A stretch of 46,951 nt of DNA, from positions 1-46,951 of the forward strand of contig JBHICG010000023.1 in assembly GCA_046759445.1 (NCBI GenBank). The letters run 5' to 3'. Positions 27,002 to 37,979 of this stretch are shown in pieces; position 1 is the first letter of the stretch; each line of letters begins with the position of its first letter. Both the position numbers and the translations under genes were made by a program. The notes under the pieces are model-generated. The model was given only the letters and a program-made list of their open reading frames with translations. It had not been told where the DNA came from and made no database searches. This stretch comes from Candidatus Scalinduaceae bacterium (GTDB lineage: Bacteria > Planctomycetota > Brocadiia > Brocadiales > Scalinduaceae).

Positions 27002-29605
27002 ATGTTAAGTAAAAGGTTTATAATTATCTCTATAGTTTTTAATTTGTTTTTTGTTACTAAAAGTCTTTTTATTGAAAAACAAGAACAGATATTCTCAGAC
27101 ACAAGAGTTGTTTTTGCTGAGTCTGTTGACATCAAAGTATGGTTTGAGGGAAATACAAAAAGAGTAAAACAGAAGGAGTTAGCAAAAGATTCTTGCTATA
27201 TATGGGATGGAAAGAAAGTTTATATCAATGCTGCTAGAAATGAATATGAGCCGTTTCAGTTAATCCTTCGTTCTGAACATGATGTAAGTAATATCAATAT
27301 TTGTATTTCTGATTTAGTCAGCGGAGATAATATTATTAGTAGAGATAATTTTAAACTTTACAAGGTCCATTATGTTTCTGCAAAGAGACATGGTATGATA
27401 GCTGACCCACTGATACCATTAAGAGGATCTGTAGATTTGTCTGCAGGTATAAATCAACCTGTGTGGATAAGATTATACATACCATCAGATGTAGTAAGTG
27501 GAGTTTATTCCGGTGCAATTACTGTTGGTATGGATGAAGTTGGAAAGGTTATTCCCATAGAACTCCGTGTATGGGATTTTATCTTACCCGAAGCGTCCAC
27601 CCTTTTTAGAGTTTCTCCCCATTGGGAATCATCAAGTTTTGTCAAAGAAACTTATGGTAAACCTGCCAATTATATTGATTTAGTATATTCATTTTATAGA
27701 GAGCTTAAAAGGATGGGAATTTCTCCTGCTCAGTCATTTGATCTCAAGAAGGTTGGTACAGAAGGTTTCTCGGAAAGTGAGGGTGGCATCGCAATAGATT
27801 TTTCTAAAACAGATCATCATATAGATTACGTGTTGAATGAATTGAAATATAATAATCTAGAGGCAGAATTTTTTTATTCACCTGTTGGTAAATATGATCC
27901 TAATCGTAGTTATCCGTTTAATCCTACCTATATTAAAAGGGTTACACAATATCTTTCACTGATATCCAATCATTATCGTGATAAGGGATGGCTGTCCCGG
28001 ATGTGGGTACAGCATTATGGCGATGAACCTTGTCAGACGTGTGAAGGGGGGGAGCACTCACATCCGAGTTATGAGGCTATCAGAGACTGGTCTAAACTAT
28101 TCCATTCTGCTACCCCCGATTTAAAAATACTTCTTGCAGAGCATCCTACCCCCCAGCTTATTGGTGCGGTTGATATCTGGAATGCTTCATGGCACCTATT
28201 GAAAAGAGGAGATGTAAGGGAGAGACATAAAGCTGGGGAAAAGGTAATTGCTTACTCGTGCGATAGCAAGTTAAGAGATCCTTTAATAACGGAAAGAATT
28301 AATCTCTGGAATATATTTAGTGAAGAAGCTGATGGTTGCTGGAGCTGGCACCTTTATTCTATGGGTAATTTTACAACAGATGATGCTAGCAGGAGATATT
28401 CGGTGTTTTATAATGGTAAGACGGTTGGTATAACTGATGAGCCGGTTATTTCTTTAAGATCAGAAATGATGGGAGAAGGAAAGGATGACTGGGAATATCT
28501 TAAATTGATTGAGGAGAGTTTTGGTAAAGACATGGCAATAAGTATAGCTAATATTGTAGCAAAAAGACCTGGACCTTTAGGGCGTAGAAATGTGGATGAG
28601 GAAGGGATATATAAGGTTCGGGATTTTCTTGGAAGAAAACTGGAAAGTAAATCACCCAAATTCCAGGATAATTTTGTCGATCTTAATTGGATTTCAGAAA
28701 TGGAGAATATAAAAACGGACCTGATGTATGATGGTTTTGTCAAACTTGATTATGCTGAAGCTCCTGTTTTGATCGAGGGATTTGAGAATTTAACTCAATG
28801 GAAGACGAGGGGGCCGGTAAAGGCTACCCTTAATTATGACAGGAAAACAGAGGGAAACAGTAGTGTTAAAGTAGTCTTTAATAAAGGAGAGACAGATCCA
28901 ATGCTATTTAGCTTTAGCAGTACTCGATTGTCCGTTACTGATTGGCGTGATTACGGTTTCCTCGAATTCGATGTCTATACAGAGCCAGATCTTTCTCTCT
29001 TTGACGTCTCTATCACTTTCAATAATGAATACGGAAGAGGTTATAATGTCAGGGGCGGTGTAGATTGGAATAAAGGGGATCAAGTACATGCCATTGGCAT
29101 ATATTCTCAGAATGGCTCATTTCCTGGGAAGTGGCGTCATGTTAAGATAGATTTTGATAACATATCGGGAAAACTAAGCACTCTTTCAGGTAGAAGAAAC
29201 GTTACCTCTCTTCATTTTAGAATGGGAAGAGGTGGTACAGTAAATGAACCCCTTCCGAATACAGATTATATAATATATATTGATAACATAACACTTCAAA
29301 AAAAGCGTTATAAGACATACGGCAAGATTATTTCAAAACCAATCTTTATAGGGGTGAAGACTGATGGTTTTGAATGGATAGGAGATTATAGCCTCCCATA
29401 CGGTACAGAGTTGCAATTTGAAAGCCGTACCGGTTCTACATATTTGTATGATCCCAAGACCTGGGAGGATTGGAAACCAATAGATATAACTTCTTTTTTA
29501 AAAGGCAAATTAAGCAGTACTCCCAACAATTATATACAGTATAAGGTTATTTTTACTTCTGATGGATACAAAACACCGAAACTGAGAGGAGTAACGATAT
29601 ATTAA
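27002..29605 (+). CDS. Secreted DUF4091/GH123-like glycoside hydrolase with C-terminal CBM-like domains
   Basis: Signal/anchor; AARNEYEPFQL, NQPVWI, VWDFILP, DEP, VDIW and SLR...EG.DDWEYL motifs. Confidence 0.78.
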   Translation: MLSKRFIIISIVFNLFFVTKSLFIEKQEQIFSDTRVVFAESVDIKVWFEGNTKRVKQKELAKDSCYIWDGKKVYINAARNEYEPFQLILRSEHDVSNINICISDLVSGDNIISRDNFKLYKVHYVSAKRHGMIADPLIPLRGSVDLSAGINQPVWIRLYIPSDVVSGVYSGAITVGMDEVGKVIPIELRVWDFILPEASTLFRVSPHWESSSFVKETYGKPANYIDLVYSFYRELKRMGISPAQSFDLKKVGTEGFSESEGGIAIDFSKTDHHIDYVLNELKYNNLEAEFFYSPVGKYDPNRSYPFNPTYIKRVTQYLSLISNHYRDKGWLSRMWVQHYGDEPCQTCEGGEHSHPSYEAIRDWSKLFHSATPDLKILLAEHPTPQLIGAVDIWNASWHLLKRGDVRERHKAGEKVIAYSCDSKLRDPLITERINLWNIFSEEADGCWSWHLYSMGNFTTDDASRRYSVFYNGKTVGITDEPVISLRSEMMGEGKDDWEYLKLIEESFGKDMAISIANIVAKRPGPLGRRNVDEEGIYKVRDFLGRKLESKSPKFQDNFVDLNWISEMENIKTDLMYDGFVKLDYAEAPVLIEGFENLTQWKTRGPVKATLNYDRKTEGNSSVKVVFNKGETDPMLFSFSSTRLSVTDWRDYGFLEFDVYTEPDLSLFDVSITFNNEYGRGYNVRGGVDWNKGDQVHAIGIYSQNGSFPGKWRHVKIDFDNISGKLSTLSGRRNVTSLHFRMGRGGTVNEPLPNTDYIIYIDNITLQKKRYKTYGKIISKPIFIGVKTDGFEWIGDYSLPYGTELQFESRTGSTYLYDPKTWEDWKPIDITSFLKGKLSSTPNNYIQYKVIFTSDGYKTPKLRGVTIY

Positions 29606-30205
29606 GGTTAGTTTTTGAATATGCAGCTCGTTTTACGGTGATATAGATAAACGAGCACTGATAGATTACATCATTTTTTATGGTCATCTTCTATTGATCC
29701 CAATAACAAATATTATAATTCCTTCTTTGATTGTTATAAAGAATTGGATGGTAAAATTAGTAGGTTGCTTTTATAAAGAATATCTTAAAGGGTGAAAATT
29801 TCCTTTGATTTTTTCTGCTGACTAACGTAACATCAATTTTTAGTATAACTTATATCTGTTTTAACACTAAAGGATTTCTGCTATGAGTTTTTATTTTATT
29901 AAATAAAAGTAGTAAAAAAGGAATACTTTTATTTTTGGAGTTTTTGTATCGCAGTAAATTCTTTCAAGAGCTTTTACTGAATACTTGCGAACCTTTTGTT
30001 TTAAAGTTCACGAAGGTTCTGTGAACTTGAAGTAGAATCTAAATAGTTTAGTAGTACCCGCTTATTCATAAATTATAGGTTTTAAGAAACTTAAGGTTCG
30101 TGTGTTTTATGTTGCCATCAACATGCTAGTTCATACAAATAAGAAGCTGGATTTTAAGATTGTTTGATTTGGCATGTTTTGGTAAAAATATTTTAGATTT
30201 ATATT

Positions 30206-32023
30206 ATGAACATAATAGGAATCTCAGCATTTTATCATGACAGCGCTGCTTGCCTTATAAAAGATGGAGAGATTGTGGCCGCAGCCCAAGAGGAACGATT
30301 TACAAGGAAAAGGCACGACCATAACTTTCCACGGAATGCTATCGAATACTGTCTAAAAGAGTATGATATTGGGAGTGGTGATATAGATTACGTGGCATTT
30401 TATGAGAAACCCTTTATAAAGTTTGAGAGGATAATGGAGACATACATTGCTTACGCTCCTGCCGGCATAAGGTCATTCATCAAGGCAATGCCTCTCTGGC
30501 TTAAACAGAAGTTATGGATGAAGGAATATATAAAAAAGGAATTAAAGCGCCAGGGAAAGATCATCTTCCCAGAGCATCACGAATCCCATGCCGCCTCAGC
30601 CTTTTATCCTTCGCCTTTTAACGAGGCCGCCTTTTTGACTCTGGACGGTGTTGGCGAATGGACTACAGCCAGTTATGGGGTTGGAAGAGGTAATACTATC
30701 GAGATAATGGCTGATATCGACTTTCCTCATTCTTTGGGTCTTCTTTATTCTGCATTTACTTATTATATCGGCTTCAAGGTTAACTCGGGAGAGTATAAGG
30801 TCATGGGTCTCGCCCCCTATGGTGAACCTAAATATGTGGACATAATTCTATCAGAGTTAATTGAACTGAAAGATGATGGCTCCTTTAAATTAAACATGCG
30901 ATATTTTAATTACTGTGCAGGTCTTACCATGACCAATAGTAGGTTTCATCGTCTTTTTGGGAGCAATCCGCGCAGACCGGAATCAAGACTTACCCAACGA
31001 GAGATGGATCTGGCCCGTTCTATCCAGGATGTTACAGAAGAGATAATGCTCAGGATGGCAAAACACATATACAGAGAGACCGGCCAGAAGAATCTATGTC
31101 TTGCTGGAGGTGTATCCTTAAACTGCGTGGCAAATGGTCGTATCCTGAGGGAAGGACCCTTTGAAAATATCTGGGTTCAACCGGCGGCTGGAGATGCGGG
31201 AGGCGCATTGGGTGCTGCTCTTTTCACCTGGTATCGTTATCTGAACAATAATAGAAAAACAGATGACAAGAAAGATTTACAAAAAGGCTCATACCTTGGG
31301 CCTGAATACAGAAACGGTTACATAAAACACTTCTTGAAAGAAAATAATATTCCATACAATGAAGTGAAAGACGATGATATTCCTTTGGTAGTTGCCGACC
31401 TGATTGCTAAGGAAAAGGTTGTAGGTTGGTTTCAGGGGAGGATGGAGTTTGGGCCCAGGGCATTGGGCAGTCGCAGTATTATTGGTGATGCTCGTTCTCC
31501 AAAGATGCAGGAGGTTATGAACCTGAAAATTAAGTTCAGAGAAAGCTTTAGACCCTTTGCTCCATCTGTTTTGAGGGAGAAGGTTGGAGACTATTTTGAG
31601 CTAGATTGTGATAGTCCTTATATGCTTTTGGTGGCTCCGCTTAATAAGGAAGTTAGAAAAGAAATGACAGAGGAGGAAAAGAATCTTTTTGGCATTGATA
31701 AACTGAATGTCTGTAGGTCAAGAATTCCAGCCGTTACGCATGTGGATTATTCGGCAAGAGTGCAGACAGTTAACGGCGAAGACCATCCTCTTTTTTACAA
31801 ACTGATCAAAAGTCTCGATGAAAGACATGGATGCCCTGTTATAATCAATACTTCATTTAACGTTCGTGGTGAACCTATAGTGTGTACTCCTGAAAATGCC
31901 TATATTTGTTTTATGAGAACTAATATGGATTATCTAGTTATAGGAAACTATCTTTTGGATAAAAAGGATCAGAAACCCCTTGAAAAGGATGCTGATTGGC
32001 AGAAGGAGTTTGAGCTTGATTAA
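30206..32023 (+). CDS. NodU/CmcH-family O-carbamoyltransferase (SxtI-like)
   Basis: SAFYHDSAA, EERFTR, HHESHAASAF, DGVGE, EFGPRALG, RESFRPFAP and NTSFNVRGEP motifs. Confidence 0.95.
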   Translation: MNIIGISAFYHDSAACLIKDGEIVAAAQEERFTRKRHDHNFPRNAIEYCLKEYDIGSGDIDYVAFYEKPFIKFERIMETYIAYAPAGIRSFIKAMPLWLKQKLWMKEYIKKELKRQGKIIFPEHHESHAASAFYPSPFNEAAFLTLDGVGEWTTASYGVGRGNTIEIMADIDFPHSLGLLYSAFTYYIGFKVNSGEYKVMGLAPYGEPKYVDIILSELIELKDDGSFKLNMRYFNYCAGLTMTNSRFHRLFGSNPRRPESRLTQREMDLARSIQDVTEEIMLRMAKHIYRETGQKNLCLAGGVSLNCVANGRILREGPFENIWVQPAAGDAGGALGAALFTWYRYLNNNRKTDDKKDLQKGSYLGPEYRNGYIKHFLKENNIPYNEVKDDDIPLVVADLIAKEKVVGWFQGRMEFGPRALGSRSIIGDARSPKMQEVMNLKIKFRESFRPFAPSVLREKVGDYFELDCDSPYMLLVAPLNKEVRKEMTEEEKNLFGIDKLNVCRSRIPAVTHVDYSARVQTVNGEDHPLFYKLIKSLDERHGCPVIINTSFNVRGEPIVCTPENAYICFMRTNMDYLVIGNYLLDKKDQKPLEKDADWQKEFELD

Positions 32024-32075
32024 TCATGAATTAAATCGGCTTCTTTTGATTTATTAAAAAGTAAGTGGAGAAAAT

Positions 32076-32495
32076 ATGCAACTCCTGGAAGAAATTAAGG
32101 CAATAAAAAGTGGTAAAAAGGAATTAAGAAATTTCGGTATAACTATGGGGGCAGTTTTATCGTTAATTGCAGTTTTAATGTTATGGCGTGAAAAAGATAA
32201 CTACATATATCTTTTAGCTATTGCTCTATTCTTTTTTGTTGGTGGTTTTGTATTCAGGCTTTTGTTTAAACCAATTTATTATGTATGGATGAGCTTTGCG
32301 GTCATATTGGGATGGGTAATGACTCGGGTGGTTTTGTGCATTGTATTTTATTTGGCGCTTACACCTATTTCCTTTTTATCAAGACTAGTGGGGAAAAAGT
32401 TTTTGGATATTAGTTCATCCAGTGAGTCTGACAGCTATTGGAAGAAGCGTGAACCATCCACTTTTGAAAGAGAGAAGTATGAAAATCAGTATTGA
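32076..32495 (+). CDS. SxtJ-family membrane protein
   Basis: LRNFG, WM.FA..LGW, TPI, SYW and ENQY end; directly follows the carbamoyltransferase. Confidence 0.88.
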   Translation: MQLLEEIKAIKSGKKELRNFGITMGAVLSLIAVLMLWREKDNYIYLLAIALFFFVGGFVFRLLFKPIYYVWMSFAVILGWVMTRVVLCIVFYLALTPISFLSRLVGKKFLDISSSSESDSYWKKREPSTFEREKYENQY

Positions 32496-32524
32496 ATTTA
32501 TAAGAAAAAGGAAGGAGATAATCA

Positions 32525-32683
32525 ATGAGTAAAATCAGTATATTTTTAGAATTCTGGCAATTCTTGAAGGTGCGCAAGAAATGGTGGTTAGCTCCTATTA
32601 TCATCTTACTTTTTTTACTTGGCGCCCTAATCTTCCTTACAGAAGGTTCGGCAGTAGCACCTTTTGTATACACGCTTTTTTAA
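32525..32683 (+). CDS. DUF5989/SxtK-like small membrane protein (not in ORF track)
   Basis: MSKISIFLEFWQFLKVRKKWWLAPIIILLFLLGALIFLTEGSAVAPFVYTLF*, RBS AAGGAG. Confidence 0.9.
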   Translation: MSKISIFLEFWQFLKVRKKWWLAPIIILLFLLGALIFLTEGSAVAPFVYTLF

Positions 32684-33120
32684 GGGTTTCTTCAAGGCTT
32701 GTAAAGTGTGTTAGAGAATATTATTTCTATAAAATGAAACAAATTCTTTTGATGTTTATCTAAGCTGTACTTGATTATTAAATTATATTTAGAAATGGCA
32801 CACTTCAAGTATACTATAGCAAAGGCAATAAATAAGTAAACGTAGAATACGATTATTTAAATATCAATCGTAAAGTAGCCTCAAATATTCTTTTCTTAGC
32901 AAGAAGAAGAGAAAAGGGGAGATGGTAGAATCTCATGGATTTACTCTTGATATTGATCAAATTCCATAAAATAATATAAAATGTTGGTTCTGTTAGTTAC
33001 ACTCCTGTTTTCACATGTATAAACTTCAGCACCCCCACATTGTCATTTCTAAGTACAGAGTTAAACGCATTGCTATGCAGTGGAGTATGGCAAAAGCTAC
33101 GTAAAAAGTAGTCTCCTAAG

Positions 33121-33496
33121 ACAACTTCTCTATATTTGTGATCGCCCAATAATATTGATTCGTCTAACCATCAAACAATTTTGTGGTGTACGAAAGCCTT
33201 TGTAGAGGATACTGATGGTGTTTTGCTATGGCAGAGTCTAGGTGGAGCAAAAGCCTTTCCTACACCTGATAAAAATGCCTTATTAGTCGATTCTACGAAA
33301 GTACTAGGGATTGAGTGAGTTGTTAGCCTGCGTGTTTAAGGCATTACGTAGCGGACAACAGAATGTTGAACTGTTATCTATGTTAGAACAAAAGTATGGC
33401 TATAATCGTGAACAAATTCGTGATATTTTCTATAGTTTTTTTTGCAGTGATAATATTATCCATATAGGAAAGCTGTCAGTGCATTTTCAGGAATAA
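33121..33496 (+). pseudogene. DUF4091-like C-terminal remnant
   Basis: L*SPNNIDSSNHQTILWCTKAFVEDTDGVLLWQ...ALLVDSTKVLGIE*VVSLRV/fs/KALRSGQQNVELL, resembling the ADG..W...SLR..GxxDxEYL block. Confidence 0.6.
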
Positions 33497-33534
33497 AATT
33501 TTACATGCATGTTAATTTAAAAAATCCTTGTTAT

Positions 33535-34512
33535 TCATAATTTTGTTTTTTCTATACGTAAAATACCTTTTGCTTTCTCGAGGTTTTCGTATGCTTTTAT
33601 ATAAAACTTCGGTTTAATTTTAATAGCTTTTTCAAAGGCGTAGATTGCTTCTTTGTATTTTTGTTCTGTCATATAGATGTAGCCTATATTGTTATACGCA
33701 CTCGCTTCATCTCCACCCATCTTAAATGCTTCAAATGCTTCCTCGTACCTTTGCAGTTTACTAAAGGCCAGGCCTAAGTGGTTGTAATACTTACGGTTTG
33801 CAGGCTCAATTCTTAAAGCCTTTCTTAAGGCTTCAATCGATTTCTCATATTTTCCCCTTAAATAGTATGATATTCCCAAAACATGAAACAAGGTACTTGC
33901 GTTTGGTTTAATGGCAATAGCCTCTTGGTATTCATTTATAGCGGCTTCAAATTGCCCTTGGCGGTCATAAATAATCCCGAGGAAAGTGTGAGCCTGCCAT
34001 AACTCCGTGTTAAGATTTATAGCTTGCCTGAAGGCTTCTTTTGACTTATCCAATTTGTCAGTTGTAAGAAATACCATGCCCTTGCCTTCATAGGCCAGAG
34101 CGCTATCAGGGTCTTTTTTCAGGATCTCTTCAAACTCTTTCATCGCTTCTTTATCCATTCCCCTGCTTAATAAGAGGCCACCCATCTTATGACGTGTGCT
34201 AGCCAGGTTCGGGTCCAAAAGGAGGCCCTTGTCGTATTGTATAAAAGCCATTCCGATATTACCTTGCCTGATATAGTTATCCCCTAATCTCTCATATTCT
34301 TCTGCCGTCATTTTCGGAATTTTTTTTAAAATTTCTCCTTCAGTAACTACTGAAGCCTTTTGTTTTTGAAGTTCCAATAACCTTCTATACTCGCTTTTTC
34401 CTTTTACAATATCCTGTTGCTTTCCCGTAAAGGCGCATCCAAATGTACCACTTATTACTATCACTATGAGTATATTCTCAAACCTGGATAAATGTCTGAA
34501 TCTCGTGCTCAT
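33535..34512 (-). CDS. tadD: TPR lipoprotein, TadD-like pilotin
   Basis: Lipobox-like TFGC, multiple TPRs, ASAYNNIGY; last gene of the tad operon. Confidence 0.75.
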   Translation of the reverse strand: MSTRFRHLSRFENILIVIVISGTFGCAFTGKQQDIVKGKSEYRRLLELQKQKASVVTEGEILKKIPKMTAEEYERLGDNYIRQGNIGMAFIQYDKGLLLDPNLASTRHKMGGLLLSRGMDKEAMKEFEEILKKDPDSALAYEGKGMVFLTTDKLDKSKEAFRQAINLNTELWQAHTFLGIIYDRQGQFEAAINEYQEAIAIKPNASTLFHVLGISYYLRGKYEKSIEALRKALRIEPANRKYYNHLGLAFSKLQRYEEAFEAFKMGGDEASAYNNIGYIYMTEQKYKEAIYAFEKAIKIKPKFYIKAYENLEKAKGILRIEKTKL

Positions 34513-34642
34513 ATTAGATCCTCCTGAAATACTTTTCTGTGGTCACAAATTACTACAACCGCAACATGATGACTATCATGTAAATATGGGCAAATTTTAA
34601 CCTCTTCGATTTATTGTCACTCTTATATATTTTTTGTAACCA

Positions 34643-35623
34643 TCATCGGTTAATGACTAACCTGAAAAACTGTATAGCTGCTGGTCCTAAAATTACTATA
34701 AAAAGGGAGGGGAAAATACAGAGAACCAGAGGAATTACTAATTTCGCAGGTATCTTGGCTGCCTTTTCCTCTGCCATTTGATACCTTTGTGTCCTCATGA
34801 AATCAGAATGGACTTTAAGTGCCTGTGCCACGCTGGTTCCAAACATGTCCGTTTGAATCAATAACGTTACTAAATTGTTCACTTCATCCAAGCCGCATCT
34901 TCTGGCAAGATTCCTCAAGGCATCTCGGCGTGATTTTCCTGCTCTCATTTCTACCGCATATAATTTGAATTCTTCACTGATCACATCATTAGCCAGCTTC
35001 ATTTCCTGACTAACACGGTCTATCGCCGCATCCAAACCCATCCCACTTTCTACACAGACAACTAGTAGATCAAGCGTATCGGGAAAACCTTCCAATATCT
35101 TCTCTTTCCTTTTGGCAATTTTATTCCGCAGCCAGATCTTGGGAAAATAAGAACCTGCCAATACAAACAAAATTAGAAGGGATACAAAGTAAAGAGGATT
35201 AATAGGTTTATTAATAATAAATCTAAGAAATATTAATCCTATCGCCAAGAAAAAAATAGCACATAAGATCTTTGCACCAAAAAAAATGACCATTGCATTT
35301 TTGTTTCGATACCCGGCATTTAATAAGGCTTTCTGCGCATTGGAGAGATCTTCTTCACGTTTTGGCTTCGAGATATTTCCAAATGTGGTTATGATCTTCA
35401 TGAAAGGCTTTTTAAGTCGTACATGATCCTGCTTAACAGGAATCGTGCCTGAGAAAGAAATCGAGCCCGTGGTCCCTTCTGGCATCTTCTTACTCCCCGC
35501 ATCTTTGATCTTATCCATTAGTTTATGTTGTTCCGCATGCTGTCTATAGTAAGAAAAAACCACTAAAATGAATAACACTATACTGATAAATACTAATACA
35601 GTTATTATAAGAATAATATTCAT
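34643..35623 (-). CDS. tadC: Tad platform protein TadC
   Basis: FPDTLDLLVVCVESGMGLD, AEEKAAKIPAKLVIPL. Confidence 0.93.
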   Translation of the reverse strand: MNIILIITVLVFISIVLFILVVFSYYRQHAEQHKLMDKIKDAGSKKMPEGTTGSISFSGTIPVKQDHVRLKKPFMKIITTFGNISKPKREEDLSNAQKALLNAGYRNKNAMVIFFGAKILCAIFFLAIGLIFLRFIINKPINPLYFVSLLILFVLAGSYFPKIWLRNKIAKRKEKILEGFPDTLDLLVVCVESGMGLDAAIDRVSQEMKLANDVISEEFKLYAVEMRAGKSRRDALRNLARRCGLDEVNNLVTLLIQTDMFGTSVAQALKVHSDFMRTQRYQMAEEKAAKIPAKLVIPLVLCIFPSLFIVILGPAAIQFFRLVINR

Positions 35624-35635
35624 TACTTAGTTTCC

Positions 35636-36598
35636 TTACACCTTTATTGTAACGATCTTTTTCATCACTGCAATCCCTACAATCATTATAAACAGTGATA
35701 AAGCAATAGCTATCTTTCCAAAAAAGTCCGTTATCAAAGTTCTTATATAATCAGGATTTATAAAGACGAGGGCAAAAGCAACGAAAAAAGGAATAGCAAC
35801 TAATATAGCGGCAGACAGCTTTCCTTCAGCCGATAATGTACGAATACGACGTTGCAGCTTGAATCTATCTCGAATAATACGGCCAATACTTTCTAATACT
35901 TCCGCAAGATTTCCCCCCGTTTCCATCTGTATAGAAACTGTAACGGCAAAAAATTTGAGGTCATCGCAATCGACACGCTCTGTGAGCCTTATTAAGGCAT
36001 CCTTAATACTAACTCCAAAGTTGATCTCGTCTATAACCTTATTGAATTCACCTCCCATAGGATTATCAAACTCCTGTGCCACTATCCTCAGTGCACCTGA
36101 AAAGGCATGCCCTGCCTTCACTGAACGTGCCATCATATCGAGAGCTTCAGGCAACTGCTCTTGAAATCTTTGTATATTGCGATTCTTTTTCATAGAAATG
36201 TAATAATAGGGCATCATGCCAAATACCCCGGCAACAATCAGTGCAAGCATATAGTTATTCATAACATTTGAGACGACTATGAATCCGGTAAAAACCATAA
36301 CAAATGAGGTCAAAATAAAAACCCCGAGAGGATACCTGGAATTGGATTGTTCTAAAAGATGATCAATTTTCCGTAGTGAAGGGATACTACAAAATATTCT
36401 ATTGAGCCAAGGGATACTGCTAAGTGGCCGACTTTTCCGCGTGATATCTATGGTCTTGTTTTTATCTGCATAAGTAGAAAGTGTCTTGATTCTACTTCTT
36501 ATTATGTCCGATTCCGATTTTCGTATCTTTATGATTATAAGGAAGATCACACCTATAATGAGTATTAATGCAACAGATATAGCTATACTAACAAACAT
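35636..36598 (-). CDS. tadB: Tad platform protein TadB
   Basis: QLPEALDMMARSVKAGH, ETGGNLAEVL, LSAEGKLSA. Start moved to ATG 36598 (AAGGTG RBS) to avoid overlap with tadA. Confidence 0.93.
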   Translation of the reverse strand: MFVSIAISVALILIIGVIFLIIIKIRKSESDIIRSRIKTLSTYADKNKTIDITRKSRPLSSIPWLNRIFCSIPSLRKIDHLLEQSNSRYPLGVFILTSFVMVFTGFIVVSNVMNNYMLALIVAGVFGMMPYYYISMKKNRNIQRFQEQLPEALDMMARSVKAGHAFSGALRIVAQEFDNPMGGEFNKVIDEINFGVSIKDALIRLTERVDCDDLKFFAVTVSIQMETGGNLAEVLESIGRIIRDRFKLQRRIRTLSAEGKLSAAILVAIPFFVAFALVFINPDYIRTLITDFFGKIAIALSLFIMIVGIAVMKKIVTIKV

Positions 36599-36623
36599 AC
36601 CTATTTCACCTTTTTCTTTCCCC

Positions 36624-37943
36624 TTAGATCTCAAATACTTTACTGGGATCAAAGATATCTTGTGGAATTGACACACCGTACGCCTCAAATTTCTCAAGGA
36701 ACCTGGGCATGATACGGTTATTTTCAAATCTTCCTTTTACCATACCATTCTCATCAACGCCACTTTGCTTGAAGGAAAAGATTTCTTGCATAGTTATGAT
36801 GTTACCTTCCATGCCCGAAATTTCCTGAAGGCTTACTAACTTCCTGCTCCCATCAACATGCCGTGATACATGAATAATGACGTGTATGGCGGCACTTACA
36901 TATCTTCTTATCGCCTCATTAGGAATATTGAGCCCGGACATAGCTACAAGGGTTTCCAATCTTAATAGGGCATCGCGGGGTGTGTTGGCATGGACGGTCG
37001 TAAGAGATCCATCATGACCGGTATTCATAGCCTGAAGCATATCCAGAACTTCCGCTCCCCTAACCTCACCCACTATGATGCGGTCCGGACGCATTCTCAA
37101 ACTATTTCTTACAAGGTCCCTTGAAGTAATCTCCCCTTTACCTTCAATATTTGCGGGCCTTGTCTCCAAACGAGCTACATGTTCCTGTTTAAGCTGAAGC
37201 TCAGCAGAATCCTCAATGGTTATAATCCTCTCATTTGAGGGGATAAATCGTGAAAGTACATTTAACATTGTTGTCTTACCCGTACCAGTTCCTCCAGAGA
37301 TCAAGACATTCAATCTTGACTTAACAATTCCTTTTATAAGTTCCCCGATCTCCGGAGTCAACGTCTTTAAGGCAATCAAATCCTTCAATTCTAATGGATC
37401 AATTGCAAAACGCCTTATTGATAGCATAGGACCGTCGATGGCGAGGGGGGGTATGATTGCATTGACACGGGACCCGTCGGATAACCTGGCATCCACCATA
37501 GGGCAGGATTCATCAATCCGACGTCCTACAGCCGATACAATCCTATCGATAATATTCTTCAAATGAACATCATCTTTAAACCTGGCCTCTGTAAGTTCTA
37601 ACTTTCCATATCTCTCCACGTATACCTTTTTACACGTGTTGACTAGAACATCAGTAACTGTGGGATCATGCATGAAGGGCTCTATTGGCCCAAGGCCGAG
37701 CACTTCATTCTGGACGTCTCTGCAAAAAAGCTCCCTTTCTTCGGAATTTAGTGGAATAGTAAATCCGTCTTCCGACAATATTCCCTCTATGACATTTCTT
37801 ATTTCTCGCCTCAGCATATCCTGATCGAGGGAATCAATTAGTGATAGGTCCAGAGTCTCTACCAGCCGATCATGGACCCTGGTCTTCAATTCATTTAATT
37901 GGTTCATTATTTTGGTTTTTGGTTTTACTTCAATCAAATCCAT
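36624..37943 (-). CDS. cpaF: Tad ATPase CpaF/TadA
   Basis: [32 protein letters not shown] and MNTGH motifs. Confidence 0.96.
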   Translation of the reverse strand: MDLIEVKPKTKIMNQLNELKTRVHDRLVETLDLSLIDSLDQDMLRREIRNVIEGILSEDGFTIPLNSEERELFCRDVQNEVLGLGPIEPFMHDPTVTDVLVNTCKKVYVERYGKLELTEARFKDDVHLKNIIDRIVSAVGRRIDESCPMVDARLSDGSRVNAIIPPLAIDGPMLSIRRFAIDPLELKDLIALKTLTPEIGELIKGIVKSRLNVLISGGTGTGKTTMLNVLSRFIPSNERIITIEDSAELQLKQEHVARLETRPANIEGKGEITSRDLVRNSLRMRPDRIIVGEVRGAEVLDMLQAMNTGHDGSLTTVHANTPRDALLRLETLVAMSGLNIPNEAIRRYVSAAIHVIIHVSRHVDGSRKLVSLQEISGMEGNIITMQEIFSFKQSGVDENGMVKGRFENNRIMPRFLEKFEAYGVSIPQDIFDPSKVFEI

Positions 37944-37979
37944 TTTTTTCTCCTTTAGCGTTTATGGCTTCTATCATCC

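Noticed and set aside
29626..30028. Hairpins at 29626-29656 and 30004-30028 as terminators
   Set aside because: 8-bp stems without adjacent U-tracts; function unsupported.
30206..32683. Saxitoxin biosynthesis
   Set aside because: sxtIJK-like genes are widespread; no sxtA, sxtG or other core genes are present.
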